Source of the DNA: Chara braunii
Taxonomy: Eukaryota > Plantae > Charophyceae
Assembly (NCBI GenBank): GCA_003427395.1
Contig: BFEA01000028.1
Coordinates: 918,662 to 981,102, forward strand
DNA length: 62,441 nt
Direction: 5' to 3'
A model generated the notes under the pieces. That model saw only the letters and a program-made list of their open reading frames with translations. It made no database searches and was not told the DNA's origin. How positions within the stretch are numbered: the stretch's first letter is position 1; each line of letters starts with the position of its first letter. Shown piece by piece: positions 13,001 to 24,709 of the stretch. A program made the position numbers and the translations under genes.

Positions 13001-13960
13001 AGTTCTATCCACTTTGCGAGTAAAGAAGACGGGTGCACCCCATGGGGAGTTGCTGGGTTTAATGAAACCCAGTCTCAGGAGCTCCTCAAGCTGACGCTTG
13101 AGTTCGGTGGCCTCGGGGATCGAGAGTCTGTAGGGTGCCTGGTGGTGAACACGATAGTCAGGCACAAGTTGGATGGAGTGCTCGACGTCGCGCATCGAGG
13201 GGATGCCAGCGTACGAGAACGACGATGGGAAAACGTTGTGGTACTCTCGAATGAGGTCACGAACTGCGGGCTCCAAGTCGGTCGTATGCGAGTTCCTCAG
13301 CGTCAGCGTCGGCGCGCGACGACGGGGCGGACTCGACGGACGACGGAGGGTGGAAAATAGAGATGGGAACCATGGAGATCGAAGGAGGATCTGGCTCCAT
13401 AGGGATGAGCTCAGCGTCGAATCAGGGTGGATCATAGTGTAAGAGATCCGTCACGTTCACCATAAAGAAGGTGACGTCGTCCTGTCGGATGAAGTGAGCA
13501 AACTGCCGAGGCGAGGTGACAGTAATAGAAGGAGATGGTGTGGGCGCAGAAGGCTCCGGGGGAGGAGGATCGGGGCGTGGTGTTGCAGTGGTACCTATGA
13601 AAGGTACGCGATACGTCTGTCCACACTTCGTTTTGAGAACGAGAGTGTTGGTCACCCATTCGGTGTCGGTGCTGCGAAACCGACGAGACCACGGAGTGCC
13701 GAGAATGAAGTCGTACCCTGTCTCCATCATATCGAAATGTGCAGAGGAGCGGTGGCGACGAGACGCCAGGGGACAATCAGTCGGCTCGAGAGTGAGGAAG
13801 AAAAGGAGGGCGGTGACCGTCTGATCGAAGAAGCGTTGGGTCTTGTCATCCCCTAGGGTGATAGAGATGGGAGTCGGGTACGCGGGCTTCTTTCACCATA
13901 CGTGGGTGAACGAAGTCGCTCTGAGAATCGGAATCCCACACGCGACGTGCACAACGACCA
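10035..13960 (-). pseudogene. Gypsy pol: aspartic protease, RT, RNase H, integrase and chromodomain, with stops and frameshifts
   Basis: Protease (VWDSDSQSDFVHP...YDFILG); RT ([34 protein letters not shown]); RNase H (TTDASDFAVG, ERE, TDN, VADALS); integrase (H..GH, CPTCQ, SMDF, SDRDPRFTS, HPQTDGQTE); GPY/F-like FFGP; chromodomain EYLVRWKGY...TWEPLENL. Confidence 0.95.
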
Positions 13961-14489
13961 TGTGTAGTAGTAAGTCACCGTAACAGTGCGCAATGCCAAT
14001 ATGAAACCCTCAATGCTGCGCCTGGAAAGTGCACGAGTGCCCAACACTATACACAGTAAACACGTCGTCCCAACACTCCGACAAAGTGCAGCAAGACTTC
14101 CAAATGCTCAGTTTTACGGTCCTAATCTAGTAGCCACAATGGCGCCAGGATGCAGCAGCATTGGGACGCAGCGAAGTTCAATCATCAGCGAGAAAGTGAC
14201 ATACAACAACTGTTAAGTACTAACAACCTCTATCATCTAGTGGTTCTGCAGCAGGGAAGGCTCTGTAGAGTGTCCGGTCACCCGCTGAGAAGCGTGAGAT
14301 GCTGAGCAGTTCCGAAAATACACAGCGCTGCACCCCCGGAAATACACAGTCAGAAAACGAATCAAGAAAAAGAGAGTGAATCTTTCCCAAAAGACGGGAA
14401 AAATACACCCTACCCACTGTGTCCGTTCCTCGTAGCAAGAGAACCGCCCATCGTCTTCAAAATCCGACTTTATAACTGGATTTCCCCAC

Positions 14490-15330
14490 CCTCGAAACCC
14501 CCAAAACGCATCTTGCCTCGCTCGAATCCATCGAGGATCGAGCGAGTTTTGAATTTTTCACCCCCGTCTCCTCTCTTTCCACCATAGCCCGACGCAACAC
14601 CTTCTTCATCTAGCTACTAATCTACTAACCCCTTGCAATAACTAACTTCACAGTCTAAGTCGCAGTGCCAAAAAGACACAGTCTACGATTTTATTCGCTC
14701 GATTCCGTTAAGAATCGAGCGAAATATAGCTTTATTCTATTTCTACCATAGATGGGCTGAGCAAAATCGAATGAATCTTCCGCTAGAACACGGACAGATG
14801 CATTCCGTTTTCAAACTTACTATCTCCAGGCACAGCCTACACCCGTTATATCACAAACTCTACCTACTATCGTCAAAAACTAACTTCATAGATTGGTTCG
14901 TAACTAGGAAAACCCCACATAGTGCACCATTCCTCAACCATTTTCATTAAGAATCGCGTAGTATTTTCGAATCTCCTTTTCCCTCTTCTCTTCGCTTCCG
15001 CCATAGACTCCGCGCAGGCTTCTTCCTACTAACCTCTCTCTTCACTAACTCTTACCCAAAACTGACCTCATAGCCGCGTTCGCAGGGCCAGAGAACCCGC
15101 GTTTTCACTCCTCACTCGCTCACTTTCACTCAGAAACAAGCGAGGTGCTCGTCTCCCCCCTTTCTGACATTGCCCCCTCCGCCATATCTCCCCGGGGCTC
15201 CTTTTCTCATCTACCTCCTAAACTACTAACTTTCCTTCTAATCTACCTTCACTCACAGGTTCGCAGTATGTCAAAACCCCTAGGCCGTCGCCTCCCGCTC
15301 TCGATTTCACTCAGAATCGAGATCGTGGGG
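14490..15330. repeat. Degenerate tandem array, ~4-5 units of ~185-200 bp, upstream of the Gypsy protease
   Basis: Recurring motifs cgctcga.t....aga.tcgagcga, ccgccata/ccatag, ctactaac and aactaacttca...tcgcag. Confidence 0.55.
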
Positions 15331-16304
15331 CGTTCCGCGCTGCGCCCGGTTCCAGCTTCTGCCATCTCCTGCTTTCCGACGTGCGCGCACCTGGCATGAT
15401 TCGTCGGCCAGGTTCGTTGGTTTCCCTCCGCTTGTCTCCGCTTTGCCCGCCGTGACCCAGCGCCCGCCGTCTCGCCCCTTCCTCATTGCTGCACCGTTGC
15501 TTTAGCACAGCCCGGTCGAACTTGCCGTGCCTTGCTCACTCCGTCACTATTCACGTAGCGCCCGTCACTGCTTGGGCCGCTACTCGTTCTCTGACTACTA
15601 GCGGCCCCACCCCGCATCACCCGCTGCTGCGCAGCGCTGTCCTGCTGCTCCTTACTCACCTCGGCTGCGCTCTCTACGAACCCCGGCTGCCGATCTCTTC
15701 GGCTTATGGTCCGTTGGCAGCCCACTACAGCCTCCTCTTGCCTTACTCCGCTCTCCGCTGAGCCCACCACCCTCTCCAGACTCCAGTATTCCTGCGTGTA
15801 CCCGGCCCCGACCTGCGCCCTCATTCACTTGCCTATCCTCCCTCGTCGTCCCCGTCTGAGCCCGATTCCTGCCTTAGCACTGCTCGCCCCGCCACGTGCG
15901 TCCACGTGCAGCCTTCACCTGTCGGGTCCCCATGGCAGGTTCACACCCCACCTTCCCACAGCGGATGGCGAAAGCGAACTGTATACCGTAATGGCCCAGG
16001 CAGCCCTGGGCTACAGCCCCACAGGCTCACCCGAAATGTTCTCCAACAGCCGTCCACCTTAGACCACCGACGCTCTTCAGGTGGGAAACGAGGGAGGCCA
16101 CGGCCACTGGAACGCGGCCGACCTCTCGTACATCGGTCCTTTTTTCGGTCCGCATTTCCATGCAATCACATAAAAATAGAAAGGGGAGAGGGGAATTTTG
16201 CCTGCGTCCCGGACACGCGGAATCCGGACACACCCGCCGAAAGAGGCGCGTGCTCAAGGTCCTTGACTGTCGTGGCGGCTTTCACAGATCCGGCGTCACG
16301 TCCC

Positions 16305-16972
16305 TGTCAACGACACACCGGAGTATAGCAAGCTATCAGGAATACGATGCTGTATAAAAATTTTACTTCACTTAGGAAGTACCTCCCCCGATCGGGTGCC
16401 GCCGACGACCAAACTAAGGGAAATAGCCCCGTCGGGCCCTCACCCCCTCGGCCTCCTCGCGCCGCTCCGATATTCCGCGTTGTCGCCGCTCGTCCTCGAT
16501 CCCTAAATCTCCCCGATGAAAGTTCGGCATCGTAACCAATAGCGCTAGGCCCAAGTCTGGGTTTGCCCTGACGGACGTCTAAGTAAAGCGGGCACCGTGC
16601 GACCCGCGAAGCCACCGGGACACCTTCAGAAGTCATACTGTCGTCGATGTCGTCCTCCGTACGTACGCATAGGCCACATGAAAGCACCCCAGTCAACTAG
16701 ACATAATCTTTTTAATCCCTGCTTAATCAGAAAATTAAAAAAAATCCGGCCGGCGATCACGCCGACTCTTTCAATCATCAACAGTTAAGAAAATCACGCG
16801 CGCCTCAAATCCGCGCGCCCACACACTCTTTATTCTAGTCAACCATCCAGTCAGCGTAAATTGCAGACGCAGCTGTGCCTAGCACGATATACTTAAACTT
16901 TAAACCAAAACTATTTTCCTATCGCTTGCAAAAACCAGGACGGATACCCTTGTAAGGGTATTCGCGCCGACA
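16305..16972 (-). repeat. Putative LTR (TGTC...GACA)
   Basis: Starts tgtcaac and ends ccgaca, with a sharp junction at 16972. No partner copy and no canonical tRNA PBS were seen. Confidence 0.35.
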
Positions 16973-17520
16973 ACGCTCCTGCATCAGCAGGTTACAGGGC
17001 AACACCCCAGCACCGGCCAGCGTTGTTCTGGCATCAAACAGCCGCAAATCACTGAGTATAACCGCTTGAAAACCGTCTAGGATGGGTTGCTAAGAGTCCC
17101 TAGGGTCCTAAGACATTCATAAGAACCACCGACAAATTAGATAGGTGAAACCCATTCAATCCACCTACGACCACCACCAGCATGGTTGTGTTCAGCACGA
17201 ACCGAAGCTCTTTCAGGCCTCATGCTCCCATCAGGTTAGGTTACCGAGTTGCACCACCTTGCTCCAGCACCGGCCAACATTGCTCGAGTTACGACCCCCG
17301 ATGACCACTGAGGCTGCCCCCGCACACAGCCCCCCAGAGCTCTCTACCAGGCCTCACGCCCCCACTAAGCTAGTTCACAGAGTTGCGCCACCTGTCTTCG
17401 GCTTCGGCCAGCGTTGCTCCAACATCGGTCTTCGAGGGCCACCGAATTTTCAACCACCCTTCGCAGGATCACAGATGACCTGCTAGATAGCACCTATTCC
17501 TACAACCTCCACGAGCGGCA
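16973..17520 (-). repeat. Second partial copy of the dispersed repeat at ~4140-4500
   Basis: acgctcctgcatcagcaggt.acagggcaacacccc...cactgagtataac matches 4260-4350. Confidence 0.8.
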
Positions 17521-17547
17521 AACCAAATGAAAAGAAATAGTAAACAG

Positions 17548-18229
17548 GGGCCTCGGCCCACATGCAAGGTTTAGTAGCAGAAAATGAGACTGGGCGACAG
17601 CACGGCGGGCGGGAAAATTATGTTGTCAGTACTGGGAGGCTTTTGACGTTGTCCGATCACGGCAGGAGGGCCATCAGCCAGCATGACGGGTCGCCGAATT
17701 GCTACATCTGGGGCGAAGTCCCACTACCAAATAGAATTGGATCGAACGCCTGAATCTAGACGTCTCCGCCAGAAAGATGCAGAAAATCGAGATTGAACTG
17801 CTTTTCTGCACCTCTTCTTTTCTGCACCTCTTCTCAAAACACATCCAGATTCCGGAGCTTAATCGGATCCTCTTTGCAAGTCGGACCTGGCCCCTGTTGA
17901 GTTGCGTAAATATCCTTGCCTCTTCACATGCTACCGGAAGTCAGTGCTTCATGCGAAGGCCTGTTCTGCCCGCCAACAGACGACCGATGAGGAATTAGGG
18001 CGTTTAGTTAGCTATGACACTTTTTTTACCATAGTAAACCAAACGTCCCGCGCCTCCCCGTGTGCTGCGCCGACATGTTTTTTGCCAATGAACACCTCCC
18101 GTTTGGGTGGGAAAGCTGCCACTTCTGCGAGCTGGGCTAACAACCGCTGTATTTTTCTACAATCCACGTCTCTTTGGAGTCACAAACATGTCGCTACTAA
18201 ACGCAACCCTTGCATGTGGGCCGAGGCCC
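17548..18229. mobile_element. Non-autonomous PIF/Harbinger (Tourist-like) element
   Basis: Perfect 22-bp TIR GGGCCTCGGCCCACATGCAAGG and 3-bp TSD CAG (17545-17547 / 18230-18232). Confidence 0.8.
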
Positions 18230-18784
18230 CAGATGATAGATTTATTCAAGAAAGATTGCCCCTCCCTCCCCCTCCCCCTCCCCCTCCCCCCTCAGCCCTA
18301 CACTGCCTCCGCCGAGGTGAGTTACTCACTCTCCCTCGGCCCCAATATAGGACCAACCCTCTACCCCCTTTTCCCCAGGAGCACGTAGTTCCCACCTAAA
18401 GCATACCCCCCCGGCCCCTTGCCCATTTCTGCCTCCGCAGGGACTGATATTGACCCACACACCAGCCCCTGCCCCAGAATAGGGCAACCCCCTGCTCTGC
18501 CCCTACCTTCTTCGAGACATTCACCCCCCACCTTGTGATGCCCTTGCAAGATAGAGCTCCCCCCACCCCCTTCCTTACGTTTAACCCTCCGGGAATGATC
18601 CAATCGGAAATTTCTGAAAGTCATGATGAACAAAGGTAGATGAGTTTTTTTTTTGATTTTGCTGATGACGACGAACATCACCCGAAAAATGATGATGATG
18701 AGGATGATGGTGACGACCAACTCACCTGCTGATGTGAACGGGAAACAAAGCCTTGAAGAGCAAACATCTAATGATGACGAACTG

Positions 18785-18826
18785 ATAATGATGATGATGA
18801 TGATGATGACGATGATGATGATGATA

Positions 18827-18891
<65 letters not shown>

Positions 18892-18892
18892 A

Positions 18893-18931
<39 letters not shown>

Positions 18932-18986
18932 GTATGATGAATGATTACAAAAAAAATGATGATAATGATGATGATGATGATGTCGG

Positions 18987-19029
<43 letters not shown>

Positions 19030-19030
19030 A
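18785..19030. repeat. (ATG)n microsatellite
   Basis: Directly visible; it generates the spurious poly-M/I/S ORFs. Confidence 0.97.
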
Positions 19031-19883
19031 GAGATGAGCAACGCCCTATGATAACGAACTTCGCCAACTGCGCTCTATGATGGTGAAATATTAATGATGG
19101 TAATACAACGATGAGTAACGAACCGCACCACCATGATACTAGTGCCAACCAGGAGTGAAGACGTACACCTTGATGATGATAACGAGCAGTGCCCTAATGA
19201 TGATGATGGTGATTACGAACCATCACCGTGATTATGATGTTGAAGCACACCCTGTTGATGATGATGATGATGGTGATGGCGAGCAGCACCCTTAAGATAA
19301 TGACGAATTGCGCCGCTACTTGCTTCCGTGTCTTTAACCGTTGAACCAGCTTAAACGAACGCTTGAAACCGCCAACTCTTTTTGACGCTCCAGCTTGTAA
19401 CCTCCCACTCCGCATGAGAAGATCCTCCTCACTTTCTGCCCGCACTGTCCAACCGACCTCCACTAGATTCATGCAGGAGCATAGGAGTAGGGCCACTACC
19501 ATGCCCAAGATCTCATGAAGACTATCCTAATCACCCCGACAACATCCCCTTCCTCCAAGGTGTCAACCCGTAACACCACATAAACGAAGCACAGAGCAAG
19601 AGACCTCTTCAGCCTAGGTTATTAAGGCTGGAAGAATCTTCAGCCGAAGCATCACGTCAATGGCTGCGCCAGACAAAACCAACGGAACCTTGCGCCATCA
19701 TCCACATCACCTCCTCGATATGCCTCGCTGGGAGCCGTGCCGACAAGGCACCACCAAGTCACAAGCCGGCTCATGTCGATAGCGGAGCGGCGCGGCGCTC
19801 CCGGTCGCGTAGACGGGTATGATTAAGAAACATCAGGGACTGGAAAATAGAAAAGCCTAGTGTTGAGCTGAGAAGTAGGAAAG

Positions 19884-19993
19884 CTACCTTCTCCCCCGAA
19901 TACAACGTACGGTCATTAGAGTTGTATTTAGATTGAAAGATACCCCAAATACGGCTCTAATGACCGTACATTGTATTTGGGGGACGAAGGTAG
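19884..19993. mobile_element. 110-bp foldback MITE-like element, same family as 53315-53425
   Basis: Arms of ~45 bp: ctaccttc.cccc.aatacaa.gtacggtcattagag..gtattt and its reverse complement. Confidence 0.75.
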
Positions 19994-20630
19994 TGTGGAG
20001 ATGACGGCAAAGGGATCCTGCCTGTCAACGTAGGGTTCGGTGGCTGGAATGTCCAGAGGTGAGCCCCTGCCCAACTTCATGAATGACGAAAGCCCTCTGA
20101 CGCCTGAGCCCCTGCCCAACTTCATGAATGTCTCTGTAGCAAATCCGACAGCTTTCGGCAGTAGCTGAGATGTGCCCGACGTCCGAAGTTCCTGGGTGAC
20201 AAGGCTTGCTTGTCTATGCTTCAACTAGGGCTGGGAAGAGGTCAATAGTCGCTCCGGGATTGCCCGTGATCCGCCTAAGCCTTGGGTAAGCTGGGCCAGT
20301 CCGGGCTTGTCCTGTTAGAGCAAGCCTAGCCCTGGTGCCTGTAACTGCTATTCGGTCCAAGTCATGCTCTGAGATAATGAGGTGATAGTATAAGGTGATT
20401 AACACTGAGGTAGGATAGCAGGAATAGGGGGTGCGCTGGAAGAATTGATGAGAGGATGGGTTGGGAGGTGGTCTCACAAATGAAACAATTGTCAGAACAA
20501 CCAATGGCTGACTGATGCAACGACCATCGTGTGTCTGTAACCTGGCCTCTACAAGGGCCAGGGCGTTGGAGGGGAATGGGTCTGGGAAATCTATGGGAGG
20601 GCGTAATGGGAACATGGACTCTATATTGGT

Positions 20631-23600
20631 TCAGTCCTTAAAAACTAGCCTATAATCTCTCATCTCTTCCAAATCCCTCGTCCCTTCTCCGTGGTCCCCG
20701 CTCCATATCACCTTTGCCATCCATCCTTCTCTTTCCCCCCCAACCCAATTCCTGCAGAGTTTTGTGATCTTTCTTCTGACGTCCCCGGTCTGTAGAAGGA
20801 GGTCTAGCTGTAGTCTAGTGTCTAACCATCTGCGTGTAAGATCCATGTGAATTTGCTGTTGTATTTGTTTTGTGATCTCTGCGCTCTCCACCCGTACCTT
20901 TTCCATGGACAGGGTACACCTCTGCCACCAGAGAGCCCACATTACCGCCCTCCTTCCAATTTTGTACATGTTTTCTATATAGCAGAGGTGGGGAACGTTT
21001 TTTTCCCTCACCCTCGACCTAACCCGCCCAATTTTTTTTTCTCCCCATCCACGAGGCCCAAGAATTTTAATTTTTACTTTTAGAAGACCCCACCCACCCA
21101 AAATATTTTTTGAAATTTCAGCCTCACGCCCGATCCGCCCATGACCCGAAAAATGCCCTCACCCACACCCACCGACACCCGTAAGAGTATCATCACCCGC
21201 CCACGTCAAATACCTAAATTTTCTTCACCCACACCCACCCGCATCAGCCCGCGCCTGCCTATGCCAATCCCTTACGCCATCACGATTTCATTGGAGACAT
21301 AGCATTGCAACAAAGACATCTAAAATCCTATTATTAAAACAACGACAACATCAACAATGAGACTCGAACTTCAAGTTCTCAAAGGAAAATATTTCAAGAT
21401 TTTTTTTTTTGCCCAGGGGCAGCTGCACTGCTGGAGCGCGCCGCTTTTTTCTTTCGCACCGGCGTTATTTTATCAGGACCTGGTCAACTGAATCAGGCAC
21501 TTTTTTCTTTGGCTCTCAACCTCAAACCCGACGTACTACACAAGGGGGGGGGGGGAGGCATAATTTTCGGGTCATCCTGGGTCTATGGGTCAGGTGACCC
21601 AGGCCAAGCCATCACCCGCCTTCCACCCACCCAGCGGATGACCCAGGTCAAATCTTCACTCGCCCGTCACCCAGAAAGGCATGCGGGCTGCGCCCACCCA
21701 TAACCCACCCAAGACAGCTCATGTAGACCTAAATCCGACCCATCACCGTGTGGGTCGGGTGGGTGCAGGTGGGTGCGGCTCTGGGCGCCCGGTGCTCAGC
21801 TCTGCTATGTAGCGTGTGGCTGTCCCTGCCCGGGGCCAATGTCCGGCCAGAATGGCTTGCCATGACCAGGGCCAGGGAGTGTATGGTTCTAGTTTCTACC
21901 AGATACGATCCCACCACCTCCATATGTATTGAACAATCGGACACTGCATAAAGATGTGTTCGATGGTCTCTGCCTTCTTGTGGGAGGGGAAGAGGCTCTA
22001 ACATCGTAGACACCATGGAAGTAGGAGACCTCTTTGCTCCAGATTCATACGATCGATTAGCCAGTGATTAGTAGGCAAACAGCGGTGAGCTATTTGCCAC
22101 TGTAAGGAGGTGATTTTCATGGGTCTTAGTTTTTGCTCTTTGAACCATTGGATTGGTGACAGAAGAGAGCGGTCGATATTTAGTTGTCTGACCTATCTAT
22201 CGCTACTTGAATCTCTCAACTGCCTCTTGGGGGGGAACAATTTGTAAGCTGATTTGATTGTCACTGAGCGTAGGCTGATGGGGTTGGGCTTAGGGGTGCC
22301 CTTTTTCGAGGGGGCAGCCCGGTCCATTCCATTGGGTCTAGGGCCAGGTCTTGGATCGGTTTGTCTTGTTGAAAGGTCACCTTCTGTCCCTTCTCCTCAA
22401 TAATCCTTATTCTATAAACTGAAGTTTTGTTCCTACATTCGAAGGGTCCCTTGCTCCCTTGGAGAATCTTGGATTTTGTGATGGCGTAGTTTTCGGTTAG
22501 GACCATCTGGGGGGAAACCATGTGCACTAAACCAATCTGTTGCGGAGACCCATTAGTTATTACCCAGTTTCCCTCTTGCAAGGTGGGGCCTCGTCTGAGG
22601 ATCCGGAACCATTCTAATGGAATGGCTTCGATAAGATCCTCTAATGAGTCCTCTACGTGGTGGCAGTACTGCAGGGTGGATCGCAACTGGTCCCCTGTCT
22701 TCCAATCGTGCTTTTCATTGTCCCACAGGTCCCTACTCTAAGCATCGCATGTCTGACCCAGTTCTTCCAGGGGGGGGCTGAGCTAATCATCACACGGCCC
22801 CTCGTGTCTGTCAGCCATCTGTTACCGAATAGGGGCTGTCGATAGACTTCCTCCCACCGATCGGGTCGGGTTTGGTCCGGGAGCGGAAGTTTGCGCCATG
22901 TTTGCAGCAGTGCAAGCCAAAAGGTGTCCTGCGGTTGGCTCCTTCTTCTGGCCTCTCATGAGGGAAATCAAGGAGTCTACGCGGGATTTGCCAAAAGCGG
23001 TGTTCTAACCAAGTGAGCGGGTGGGTAGTGTGGGGAGTTGTTGGGGCCAGCCTAGCCAAATGTTCCAGAGCCAAGACGCACCAAGGGCTCTGGGGGTCAA
23101 AAATGAGTTTCTTGATGCATTTGACTCTTAATGCCTGCACTTGCGTGGCTGGGTCGAGGATTCTCAAACCTCCCCTTGCTTTTGGTTGGATGATGGAATC
23201 CCAGGCCACCCTGCTGATCACATTGGGTTGCTCCCCATCCCCCCTCCACAGGAAAGCTGTTGCCTTTTGCTTCAGTCCTCTTAGAGTCTCTTTGCTTAGG
23301 GGCCACAATAGTGATTTATACCATAGGGATGCAAAGATGATATTGTTGAGGACTAAGGCTCGGCCGAAGAGGGATGTGTGTTTGTTCCTCCAACTGTCTA
23401 ATTTGTGTTGAGCCAGGGAGCTAATCCATTCATCATTGATTGGTGGTCGTCCCTCTGCAGTCATGGAGACTCCCATAACTCTTACTGGGGATTCCAGAGG
23501 CTTCCAGCCTTTTCTAGGCAATACGTGGGACTTCTGGAGGGCGTCCTCCTTGATAATGGATCCACCATCCCTGTGTCTTAGACCCCCAGTTGACAGACAT

Positions 23601-24117
23601 GTCTGAGACCTTGGAGAACTTCTCCATCATACGGCGAATTTCCTCCATATTACGGTGTGTGGCCTTCGCTATGATTGTGAGGTCATCTGCAAACAAGGAG
23701 CATATCGGGATAGCTTCCTCGGGAATATGAGTGATTCAAATTTTCGTAATATTTTTATTTGCCCGGAGATTGGCAGGTAAGGCCTCCATGATAACAAGAA
23801 AGAGGAAGGGAGCAATGGGGTCCCCCTGGTGGACTGAACGTTATAGGCGCAGTGGTGGTGCAAGGCTTCCGTTGACCTGGACACATGTGGTAGCGTTCTG
23901 GTGTAGGATCTGTATCCATCGTCTGAAGTCCGATACGGAATTCATTTTCTCAAGGCACTTATCTAGGAACAACCAGTCTACGTGGTTGTAGGCTTTTTCA
24001 AAATCGATGAAGATTAGTGCCGCATTTTGACGAGAGTGCCTTGTAAGCTGGAGGATTTCATGGATCAACAGGATGTTTTCCTGTATGTTCCTGTTTTCCA
24101 TGAAGCCTGTTTGGCCC
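20631..24117 (-). mobile_element. L1/Tx1-clade LINE copy B, 5'-truncated within RT, decayed, interrupted by a hAT-like element
   Basis: Fragments with QTGFM, DFEKAYNHVDW, QGDP, FADD and KARGGLRILDP, plus C-terminal 20631..20980 (ALWWQRC). Confidence 0.9.
20983..21804. mobile_element. Non-autonomous hAT-like element
   Basis: Imperfect TIRs CAGAGGTGGGGAAC / CAGAGCTGAGCACC, 8-bp TSD ctatatag / ctatgtag, and CCCAC/ACCCG-rich subterminal motifs. Confidence 0.8.
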
Positions 24118-24168
24118 TCTCACTGTGATGAGATACTTTTTTTTTCACTTTTTAATTCGGACCATTTC

Positions 24169-24666
24169 CTAGGCTGTGTGCCTGGTCGCCTGGGCGCCCA
24201 ACTTCTGCCCGGATATATGCTCGGGTGCCCAGCCGGGCATGAACCCTGGGCACAATTCGGGGAAAGCCCAACGCCAAAAAAAAAGAAACAAATTCAGAAA
24301 ATTCCAGAAAAAGAACTATGTTGTGTAGAGCTGCAATACAAACCACTTTTGGCTAAGGGTCGTATCACAATTCCTCACAGATTCGGAGATAAAAAAGAAA
24401 ACAATACAATCAGACTAAGGCAACCCCCCCTTAGACCCCCTTAGCCCCTTGAGAACCTATTTATATCCCCCGCGCCCCCCTTGACAGCCAACACTCAAAA
24501 ACCGAAAGGATCCCGGATTTGGCCTCCTCTGGCCATGCGCAGAAAACCTCCACCAAAAAAAAAAAAAAAGTTTGGGGATTGATTTTTGCCTGCACCGGGT
24601 GCCCAGTGCAGGTCGCCCCCGGGCGGCTTGCCCGAGCTGCACGGCTGGGGGAGCCAAGTAGCCTAC
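24169..24666. mobile_element. Non-autonomous hAT-like element
   Basis: Exact 8-bp TSD accatttc (24161-24168 / 24667-24674), short TIRs (C/G)TAGGCT, and GC-rich subterminal repeats. Confidence 0.7.
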
Positions 24667-24670
24667 ACCA

Positions 24671-24709
<39 letters not shown>

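Larger units (their letters stand above)
8507..16972 (-). mobile_element. Ty3/Gypsy chromovirus-type LTR retrotransposon, decayed; 3' end probably in or beyond the N gap at 8245-8506; outer limits tentative
   Basis: PR-RT-RH-IN-chromodomain order at 10035-13960. The right boundary ...GACA at 16972 abuts a repeat whose other copy (4260) is uninterrupted. Confidence 0.75.

Noticed and set aside
18361-19148. Poly-Ile/Met/Ser ORFs
   Set aside because: They are translations of the (ATG)n microsatellite.
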